This document shows, one piece after another, positions 28,439 through 35,745 of a DNA stretch of 64,000 bases. The translations under genes were made by a program, and so were the position numbers. The notes under the pieces were generated by a model that was given only the letters and a program-made list of their open reading frames with translations, was not told the DNA's origin and searched no databases. The stretch's first letter is position 1, and each line of letters opens with the position of its first letter. Origin of the DNA: Pseudomonadota bacterium (GTDB lineage Bacteria; Pseudomonadota; Gammaproteobacteria; Burkholderiales; Burkholderiaceae_C); assembly GCA_040388905.1 (NCBI GenBank), contig JAZKAY010000002.1, forward strand, positions 188,054 through 252,053, written 5' to 3'.

Positions 28439-28638
28439 GGGATTTGGTCTGGACTGTGTTGCGCAACTTGCAGCCCGGTCAGCGGACTGCCACCAGGCAA
28501 GGATAGCAGTGGCAGGCGGGAGGCAGGGCTCTTTGTGCGCCGTGTGAACAGGGTTGCATCCTGGCTGCTGCCCCGCTTGCAGAACGGTAATCTTGCCTGC
28601 CAATATGGTTTCCAAAAAAAACAGTTGCTATGTATTTA

Positions 28639-28826
28639 GTAGCTGCTTACGCACGTATCTATTGGCCTGGAGCCAGATTTGATGCCTGAAAACGCCTGTT
28701 TTAGAGCCGTCCCGAGGTTTTTTGGAGGCAAAATTGACCTCAAAACCTGAAAAGTTAAGTTCCATATTAACTTTCCACCAGAGTTTAATATTTACGTCAA
28801 TTTTTTAATGTGTACGTTAAAAAATG
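28639..28826 (+). repeat. intergenic repeat family, copy B (core plus AT-rich module)
   Basis: The core 28639-28707 aligns with copies A and C. The AT-rich module 28750-28826 is colinear with 63171-63246. Confidence 0.8.
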
Positions 28827-28855
28827 GACATAGCTTTCACTGATAACCTTCAGCC

Positions 28856-29293
28856 ATGAGTGATCCTGCCAACCTGATCATCCACGCCATCAGGCTGAGC
28901 CCGGGTGAAGACCTTCGCCTTGCCGTGGAAGCGGCCTGCAACCAGCTGATGGCCGGCAAAGATTGCCAGGCGGCCTGCGTCATCTCTTCCGTCGGCAGCC
29001 TCTCATGCGCGGTTCTGCGGTATGCCGCCGAGCCTGAGGGCAGCCGGATCGAAGGCCCGCTGGAGATGATCACGCTGTCGGGCACCCTGGCGGCGCCGGG
29101 TGGCGGCGGTGTTCACCTGCACGCCAGCGTGGCCGATGCACAGGGCCGCGTGACGGGCGGCCACCTCATGCCGGGCTGCATCGTGCGCACCACGGCCGAG
29201 GTCGTGCTGGCCCTGTTGCCGGGCTGGTCGTTTGTACGCACGCTGGACCCGGCAACCGGTTTCCGCGAGCTTGCTGCCAGCCGCCGCGCCTGA
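28856..29293 (+). CDS. PPC (DUF296) domain-containing DNA-binding-type protein
   Basis: 145 aa. IIHAIRLSPGEDL...ISSVGSL...ITLSGTL....GGVHLHASVADAQGRVTGGHL is the usual PPC/DUF296 pattern. Confidence 0.75.
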   Translation: MSDPANLIIHAIRLSPGEDLRLAVEAACNQLMAGKDCQAACVISSVGSLSCAVLRYAAEPEGSRIEGPLEMITLSGTLAAPGGGGVHLHASVADAQGRVTGGHLMPGCIVRTTAEVVLALLPGWSFVRTLDPATGFRELAASRRA

Positions 29294-29434
29294 TTGCGCG
29301 AAGCCGTCCTACGCCAGGGCTGCGCACAAGGCGCTGGCGTTGCGCACGCACGCGCCCAAGATGACTTTCTGACGATCCATTAATTTCAGCCACGGCGTGA
29401 TGCTGTCCGGTCACGGATCAACAAGGAGCTTGCC

Positions 29435-29749
29435 ATGTCCATGAAATCATCAGTTCAAAAACACGTACGCCAACACACGGTTTTGCCGCTTGCGTTGATG
29501 GCCGGTATGGGCACTTTCGGCCTGTGCCCGGCACAGACACCCGGCCTTCCGGCTGCTGCGGAGCCCACCGCCCCCGCCTCACGCATAGGCCCGCCGCTGG
29601 TGCCGCCGTCCACGACTGCGCCGCCGGATGCCACGCCGTCAGGCAGCACACCGCGGGTCTCAGGCACGATGCCGCTGCCCCGGGTACCGGCTGATCCTTC
29701 CGGGACGACAGGCAAACCCATGACACCGGCATCCGCCCCGCGCGCGTAG
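29435..29749 (+). CDS. hypothetical small exported proline-rich protein
   Basis: AAGGAG lies 7 nt before the ATG. An N-terminal hydrophobic segment is followed by Pro/Thr/Ala-rich low complexity. An equally long antisense ORF exists, so confidence is modest. Confidence 0.45.
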   Translation: MSMKSSVQKHVRQHTVLPLALMAGMGTFGLCPAQTPGLPAAAEPTAPASRIGPPLVPPSTTAPPDATPSGSTPRVSGTMPLPRVPADPSGTTGKPMTPASAPRA

Positions 29750-29776
29750 CCGGTGGCAACTTGTCGCCCTGCAGAC

Positions 29777-29802
29777 TTGAAGCGGACAATTGAAGCGGAC
29801 AA
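29777..29802 (+). repeat. tandem 13-bp direct repeat TTGAAGCGGACAA x2
   Basis: Two exact adjacent copies, 90 nt upstream of the ATG at 29893. A third degenerate copy (TCGAAGCGCG) follows. Confidence 0.8.
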
Positions 29803-29892
29803 TAACTGCACAATCGAAGCGCGCGCTTGTGGTTTCAGATGTCCCGATGGACACAAGCCCTCACGCGTGAAGCACAGGAAAAGGAGAGAGCC

Positions 29893-30210
29893 ATGCGGCG
29901 CTGGTCTGGTTATTTGTTGATGGCGTTTACCGTTTCCATGCTTGGCGGCTTGACACCCACTGACGCGGACGCACAAAGATGTTTCCCCTGTTTCCGCCTG
30001 CCCAACCCCAAGGACCGCAACCCGGATCGCAGGGAGGACAGGCCCAACACCCTGGAAGCGCCGGATGGCAGGGATTCATATACCCGCCCGACGGAGCTGC
30101 CAGGCGTCAACAATGACTCGCGTGATTTTGTGCCCAGGCAGGAGATCATCAAGGGCGTGCCAGGTGACACTGTCCCTGATGAGGTCTTGCCTACGCCACC
30201 CAATTCCTGA
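29893..30210 (+). CDS. hypothetical small exported protein
   Basis: AAGGAGAG lies 4-5 nt before ATG 29893. MRRWSGYLLMAFTVSMLGGLTPTDADA is a signal-like N-terminus, followed by a charged Pro/Arg/Asp-rich tail. Confidence 0.5.
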   Translation: MRRWSGYLLMAFTVSMLGGLTPTDADAQRCFPCFRLPNPKDRNPDRREDRPNTLEAPDGRDSYTRPTELPGVNNDSRDFVPRQEIIKGVPGDTVPDEVLPTPPNS

Positions 30211-30238
30211 AGTGGTCGCCCGGTCTTAAGCGCGGCCT

Positions 30239-31843
30239 TTAAGCCTGGGCTTTCAGGTGAGCAAGATCAGCAAGCCATGCCGACCAGGCCTCGTCTTTCG
30301 CGTCGGGCGGCAGACGCAGCAGCGCGGAAGGGTGCAGGGTCACCAGCACCTTCAGGCCGTCCTCACGCTCAAAAATCTGGCCGCGTGATGCCATGACGGG
30401 GACAGGCCGGCCAAGCAGCGAGCGCGCGGCTGTGGCACCGAGTGCCACCAACAGTTGCGGCTTGACGATGCGGATTTCATCGTCAAGCCAGTGCTGGCAG
30501 GCCGCCGCTTCACGTTGTGTCGGTGTTTTGTGGATGCGGCGTTTGCCGCGCAACTCATACTTGAAATGCTTGACTGCGTTGGAGACAAATACCCCATCGC
30601 GGGCTATGCCAAGCTCTGCCAGTGCGCGGTCCAGCAGCTGGCCGGCAGGGCCGACAAAGGGTTTGCCGCGTACATCCTCATGATCCCCCGGTTGTTCACC
30701 CACAAACATGAGGCGCGCACCGACCGGGCCTTCACCAGCAACTGACTGGGTTGCGCATTCACCTATGGGGCACTCGCGGCAATGTTCGGTGGCCTGACGC
30801 ACGGCAGACAAAGACTTCATGGCCTTGCCATCTGCGGCATGGGTGAACGCGGAAACCGGTGCATGTGTCACATCGGCTATCGGAATGACGGGAATGCGCC
30901 GCAGCGGCACGCTACCGGGCTGCTCGATCATGCGTATGCTGCTCTCGTGCGCACCGGCTACCAGCGTGTGGATCATCTCTGCCTCGGGCAGGTTCTTCCA
31001 GTACTTGCGCGGCATTTCCTTTTGCATCATCTTCACCTTCAGGCGTGCCGGGTTGAAGATGTTGCGGTAGTAGGTGAGCCACAGCTGCTCGCCTGCATCG
31101 GGCATCGGTGCGTCTTCCTTGCGGGCGCCGGGACCGAAGCGCAGGCCGGCCATCACGGCATCTTGTCCCGCACCCTTTGACAGGGGCTCGTCAAGGCCCG
31201 CGTTCAGCCATTCCACGCTGCGTTCAGGTGTGAGGATGGCCCAGCGCATCTGCGCAAAACGGCGTGCAAAAAACGGAGCCACGGCTTCGACGATATGGTG
31301 TTCAGGTTCAAACCAGGCCACGTGCAGCGGCCCGCCTTCGGGGTGGGTGTTGAAGGTTTCATCCTGCACGCTGCGAAAACGCACAAAGGCCTTCATCTTG
31401 TGCATGTCGCGCCGTACGGCATGCGCCATTTGCTGGGCGCGCATCATGTCGGCATCGAGCGGGTCATGGCGCAGGCCGGGCTCATGGGCCAGCCGCCACA
31501 AAATGCGGTAAAGCAGGCCGAAGCGCGCAGGGTCACTGTGCAGGATGGCGGCCTGGCACAGGGTTAAAAACTCGGGCGGCACACTGATGGCGGGGGCAGC
31601 GGCGAACTCCTGTGGGCTGAGGTAGTGAAAGGTGTCCTGCTCGCCTGAAGCCTGCGCGCCGAAAAGATCCGGGGTGGCTTCATCACCACTGCTCCAGACA
31701 ATCTGTTCGGGCAGCATCTGGCGCGCCAGTAATGCGCGTGAAGCACGGCGAAAGCCGTCCAGGTCCGTTGCGCCCTGAAGGGTCACGGGCAACAAGGCCT
31801 GTGGAAACAGGTCGGTCGTCAGCGGGTCATTCATCACGCCCAT
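30239..31843 (-). CDS. DUF4130 domain fused to a UdgX-type family-4-like uracil-DNA glycosylase domain
   Basis: The N-terminus carries DUF4130 motifs (HKMKAFVRF, VAWFEPEHHIVEAVAPFFARRF). The C-terminus carries GEQPG (30686-30700), FVGPAG, the KRRIH loop (30530-30544) and HPSALLR. 10-nt overlap with the upstream rSAM gene. Confidence 0.88.
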   Translation of the reverse strand: MGVMNDPLTTDLFPQALLPVTLQGATDLDGFRRASRALLARQMLPEQIVWSSGDEATPDLFGAQASGEQDTFHYLSPQEFAAAPAISVPPEFLTLCQAAILHSDPARFGLLYRILWRLAHEPGLRHDPLDADMMRAQQMAHAVRRDMHKMKAFVRFRSVQDETFNTHPEGGPLHVAWFEPEHHIVEAVAPFFARRFAQMRWAILTPERSVEWLNAGLDEPLSKGAGQDAVMAGLRFGPGARKEDAPMPDAGEQLWLTYYRNIFNPARLKVKMMQKEMPRKYWKNLPEAEMIHTLVAGAHESSIRMIEQPGSVPLRRIPVIPIADVTHAPVSAFTHAADGKAMKSLSAVRQATEHCRECPIGECATQSVAGEGPVGARLMFVGEQPGDHEDVRGKPFVGPAGQLLDRALAELGIARDGVFVSNAVKHFKYELRGKRRIHKTPTQREAAACQHWLDDEIRIVKPQLLVALGATAARSLLGRPVPVMASRGQIFEREDGLKVLVTLHPSALLRLPPDAKDEAWSAWLADLAHLKAQA

Positions 31844-33318
31844 GGCAAACTCCTTTCTTCACTTACTGGTGCGGATAGTGCGCCCGGCCCCGGCGCCGCC
31901 CATGTAGGCAAAGGGGCCGTCATGCCTGTTGCCACAGTCGTGATCTGCGGGGGAATATACGGAAGCTGCGGCGGCGTAGCAGCTGGCACAGGTGCCCCCT
32001 GTACGGGGGCAGGTTCATCAAAAAGCCCGGGCTGGACGGGGTCACGCAACTGCTCACCCAGGGCCATGCCATCCAGCAGGCCGCCCGGGTGGTGATCAGG
32101 CAGCAGCACAAAAGGCATGACCTTTTTAAGTGGCAGATGAAGGCACAGCAGGTCAGCTGCACGCAGGTGGCGCACCCGGCGGCTCTGCAAGATGCGCTCG
32201 ACTGCCTTCACGCCCATGCCGGGCACCCGAAGCAGCATTTCGCGCGGTGCGTGGTTAAGGTCGACGGGAAAGCGGCCACGATTGGCCAGCGCCCAGGCCA
32301 GCTTGGGGTCATGCAGCAGCGACAGCATGTCGCCGGTGTCTGCAGCGCCGGACGCGGGCGTTGCCGGCACGATCTCATCGTGGCTGAAGCCATAAAAGCG
32401 GATCAGCCAGTCAGCCTGGTACAGGCGATGTTCACGCAGCAGGGGTGCCTGCAGCAGGGGCAGGCGCATCGACGCGTCAGGTATGGGGCTGAACGCCGAG
32501 TAGTAAACGCGCCGCATGCGGAAGGTGCCGTAAAGCGATGCAGAGGTCTGAAGGATGACGCGGTCGCTGGAGTCATCGGCACCCACAATCATCTGGGTGC
32601 TCTGGCCTGCCGGTGCGAAGCGTGGCGCGGCACTGCGTTTGGCCATTCGCGATTTGGGCAAGGAGATGACACTGGTGCGTGCGCCGTCGATGGCCTCGCC
32701 TTTTGCATCGTCGATATGCACCCTGAGCCTGGCCATGGAGCGGCGGATGGCCGGTGCGTTTTTCTCGGGGGCCAGCGCATGAAGTGCGTCTTGCGTGGGC
32801 AACTCGATGTTGATGCTCAGGCGGTCGGCATAACGGCCGGCAGCGGCCAGGAGTTCGGGCGACGCATCGGGAATGGTCTTGAGGTGGATGTAGCCGCGAA
32901 AGTCGTGGTCTTCGCGCAGCCTGCGCGCCACCTCAACCACCTGCTCCATGGTGTAGTCGGGGTTCTGGATGATGCCGCTTGAAAGAAACAACCCCTCTAT
33001 GCAATTGCGGCGGTAGAAGTCGAGCGTCAGTGCAACGACTTCATCGACAGAAAAGCGTGCGCGCGGCACATTGCTGCTGACCCGGTTCACGCAATACAGG
33101 CAGTCATAGGTACAGAAATTGGTAAGCAGGATTTTCAGCAGCGATATGCAGCGCCCGTCAGGTGCATAGCTGTGGCAGATACCCGAACCCTCGGTAGAAC
33201 CAATGCCCTTGCCGCCCACAGAGTTGCGTCTGGAACTGCCGCTTGATGCGCAGGAGGCATCGTATTTGGCGGCGTCAGCCAGAATCGCGAGCTTGCGGTG
33301 GGTAGTTTGTGTGGACAC
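31834..33318 (-). CDS. putative DNA modification/repair radical SAM protein with a C-terminal helix-hairpin-helix
   Basis: CTYDCLYC (CX3CX2C, 33091-33114), N-terminal KLAILADAAKYDASCASSG, and HhH LLRVPGMGVKAVERIL. The only in-frame start near the conserved N-terminus is GTG 33318. Confidence 0.88.
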   Translation of the reverse strand: MSTQTTHRKLAILADAAKYDASCASSGSSRRNSVGGKGIGSTEGSGICHSYAPDGRCISLLKILLTNFCTYDCLYCVNRVSSNVPRARFSVDEVVALTLDFYRRNCIEGLFLSSGIIQNPDYTMEQVVEVARRLREDHDFRGYIHLKTIPDASPELLAAAGRYADRLSINIELPTQDALHALAPEKNAPAIRRSMARLRVHIDDAKGEAIDGARTSVISLPKSRMAKRSAAPRFAPAGQSTQMIVGADDSSDRVILQTSASLYGTFRMRRVYYSAFSPIPDASMRLPLLQAPLLREHRLYQADWLIRFYGFSHDEIVPATPASGAADTGDMLSLLHDPKLAWALANRGRFPVDLNHAPREMLLRVPGMGVKAVERILQSRRVRHLRAADLLCLHLPLKKVMPFVLLPDHHPGGLLDGMALGEQLRDPVQPGLFDEPAPVQGAPVPAATPPQLPYIPPQITTVATGMTAPLPTWAAPGPGALSAPVSEERSLPWA

Positions 33319-33333
33319 TGTATTAATATACAG
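33318..33333. promoter_or_regulatory. LexA (SOS) box 1, CTGTATTAATATACAG
   Basis: Perfect CTGT-N8-ACAG with an AT-only spacer; it overlaps the GTG start of the rSAM gene. Confidence 0.8.
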
Positions 33334-33348
33334 CTTTTTGTCAATTAA

Positions 33349-33364
33349 CTGTATTTATTTACAG
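33349..33364. promoter_or_regulatory. LexA (SOS) box 2, CTGTATTTATTTACAG
   Basis: Perfect CTGT-N8-ACAG with an AT-only spacer, 15 nt from box 1. Confidence 0.8.
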
Positions 33365-33413
33365 TTATCAGGGCTTTTCTGTCCCCGGCTTCACAAACCA
33401 GGTTTTAAGTGGT

Positions 33414-34421
33414 TCAGGCGCGAACCTTGTGGCGGTTACGGCCCTTGCTGCCTTTGGCCTCCATCAACAGATAGCCCAGCACGGCCACTGCCAGGGGTGC
33501 GATGTAATAAATCACCCGGTAGGCCACCAGCGCAGCCAGAAGTTCGGCCTGGGGCATCTGGTGGGACAGCAAGGCGACAAAAACGGCTTCAAGCACGCCG
33601 AGGCCTGCAGGGATATGCGTGATCACGCCAGCAATCGCAGCCAGCAGAAGCACACCGACCACCATGGAAAATTCAATGCGGTGCTGCAGCAGGATAAAAA
33701 CAATGCCAGACATGGTGAGCCAGTTGGCTGCGCCCATCATCAGCTGAAGGCCGGCAAGCCTGGCTGACGGCAACTCGATGACGTGGCCGCGCACATTGAA
33801 CTGGCGGTGGCCCAGCAGCACGCAGGCGCCCACGTAAGCCACAGCCACACAGACAAGCACCGCACCGCCAAGTCGCAGCAAGGCGGGTTGAATGCCCCAA
33901 CTGGCCGGCAAGGTCGGCGGGACAAGGCTGAACACCAGACCCGCCAGGAACACGTAGCCCATCCAGTTGGTCAGCATGCTGATGGACATGATGCGCGTGA
34001 TGACCCCGGGTTTGAGACCCAGCCTCGAATAAAGCCGGTAACGCATTGCGACGCCGCCCACCAGTGAGCCCAGGTTGAGGTTGAACACATAGCTCACAAA
34101 GGTGGTGGCCATCACGGTGCGCGTTCCGAGCCCGTGACCGGTGTAGTGCCGACCCAGGAGGTCAAAGCTGCTGTAGAGCGTGAAACTGGTGATGGCCAGC
34201 AACACGGCGCCCCAGGCTGCCGACAGCGGATAGTCTTCAAGCGCGGTGAGCACTTCTGCCCATTCGATGCTCCGTGCCTGGGATGCCAGCAACGCCAGGA
34301 CCAGAATCATGAACGCCAGGCCTGCGGCCCGTTTCAGCCACGGCCACCAGGAGCGTCGTGCTGCGGCCGTTGAGGGCTGCTCAGGCGTGTTGGCGGGCAC
34401 GGCGTCCACAGGCTGCGTCAC
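33414..34421 (-). CDS. ybhN: UPF0104/YbhN-like (lysylphosphatidylglycerol-synthase TM-region family) membrane protein
   Basis: 335-aa polytopic protein. ATGA overlap with clsB. Same gene order as the E. coli ybhP-clsB-ybhN operon. Confidence 0.8.
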   Translation of the reverse strand: MTQPVDAVPANTPEQPSTAAARRSWWPWLKRAAGLAFMILVLALLASQARSIEWAEVLTALEDYPLSAAWGAVLLAITSFTLYSSFDLLGRHYTGHGLGTRTVMATTFVSYVFNLNLGSLVGGVAMRYRLYSRLGLKPGVITRIMSISMLTNWMGYVFLAGLVFSLVPPTLPASWGIQPALLRLGGAVLVCVAVAYVGACVLLGHRQFNVRGHVIELPSARLAGLQLMMGAANWLTMSGIVFILLQHRIEFSMVVGVLLLAAIAGVITHIPAGLGVLEAVFVALLSHQMPQAELLAALVAYRVIYYIAPLAVAVLGYLLMEAKGSKGRNRHKVRA

Positions 34422-35725
34422 ACCGGGTCGGCATTGGCCACATTGTCTGCGCCAGCACGTTTTAACCGGGTGGCCTCATCGTCGTGGTCGCTGCGCGTCA
34501 TGGCTGGAATGATGTGTGGGGCATGTGCAGGCAGCCAGCTGGCCCATGACGGGTAACGTCGCAACAGGTGAAAAACAAAAAAGCTCCTGAGCGAAAACCA
34601 CCAGCGCGAGGTTTCGAGTTCATCGGCCCTGATCTGCTTGCAGCTGTTCTGCATGAGATGGTCCAGCCGCCCGGTGAGATGCTCGTTGAAAGCCTTGTCC
34701 CGGATGATGACGTTGGCTTCCAGGTTCAATGAGAGGCTCAGGGGATCGAGGTTGCTGGAACCCACGGTCGCCCATTCGCCATCTGACACTGCCACCTTGC
34801 CATGCAGGGGCCGCTCGCAGTATTCGTAGATGCGCACACCGGCCTTGATCAGGTGGTGGTAGAGCATGCTGGCCGCCGTCTTGACGATGGGCATGTCCGG
34901 CTCGCCCTGCAATATGAGGCGCACATCCACACCGCGGCGCGCTGCCTTGCGCATTTCCTTGATAAGCCTGTAACCCGGGAAGAAGTAGGCGTTGGCAATG
35001 ATGACCCGCTCCCGCGCCGCACGTATGGCGATGCGGTAGTGGCGCTCGATGTCATTGGTGTGCTTGCGGTTGTCGCGCGTCACAAAAATTGCACCGGCAT
35101 CGCCGGCGCTGCCATTTGCGGCAGACGAAGCCAGCCGGTCCTCAGGCTTGCGTTGTGAACGGCCGGGAAAGCGGTCACGCCATGGAACAGCCGCACTGGC
35201 CCCCTGCGCATTGCGCTGGCCCGCCGCAAGCGCACGGTGCACAAAATCATGAATGGTGGAGACGATGGGGCCTTCAATCTCGACTGAATAATCCTGCTTG
35301 GCCTGCGGGCCGAAGTCGGCAAGATGATCTGCCGAGTAATTGATGCCGCCCACAAAAGCGTGCTTGCCGTCAACTACCACGATCTTGCGGTGCATTCGGC
35401 GCAGGACATTGGTGCGCCAGCCAAGCACCGGCGTGCTGGGGTCGAAAACATGAACCCGTACGCCGGCCTGCGTCAGGGTGGAGATGAATTCATGAGAAAG
35501 ATCGGGTGAGCCGAAACCATCAATCGTCACGTCGACCTGGACTCCTCTGGTCGCGGCTTTCAGCAGGGCGCCGTGAAGCTCCTTGCCCACCTTGTCTTCA
35601 AACAGGATGAAGGTTTCAAGGACAACCTCGCGCTCGGCAGCGGCTATGCATTCAAAAACACGTGGAAAAAATTCCTCGCCGTTCTCAAGCAGCTTGAACC
35701 TGTTGCCTTCAACCCATTTACTCAC
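34418..35725 (-). CDS. clsB: cardiolipin synthase ClsB (phospholipase D family, two HKD motifs)
   Basis: HRKIVVVDG...GGIN and HGKVAVSDG...GSSN. AGGAGA lies 5 nt before GTG 35725; the longer ATG 35797 start would overlap ybhP by 52 nt. Confidence 0.88.
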   Translation of the reverse strand: MSKWVEGNRFKLLENGEEFFPRVFECIAAAEREVVLETFILFEDKVGKELHGALLKAATRGVQVDVTIDGFGSPDLSHEFISTLTQAGVRVHVFDPSTPVLGWRTNVLRRMHRKIVVVDGKHAFVGGINYSADHLADFGPQAKQDYSVEIEGPIVSTIHDFVHRALAAGQRNAQGASAAVPWRDRFPGRSQRKPEDRLASSAANGSAGDAGAIFVTRDNRKHTNDIERHYRIAIRAARERVIIANAYFFPGYRLIKEMRKAARRGVDVRLILQGEPDMPIVKTAASMLYHHLIKAGVRIYEYCERPLHGKVAVSDGEWATVGSSNLDPLSLSLNLEANVIIRDKAFNEHLTGRLDHLMQNSCKQIRADELETSRWWFSLRSFFVFHLLRRYPSWASWLPAHAPHIIPAMTRSDHDDEATRLKRAGADNVANADPV

Positions 35726-35745
35726 GGTGTTCTCCTGATACAGGG

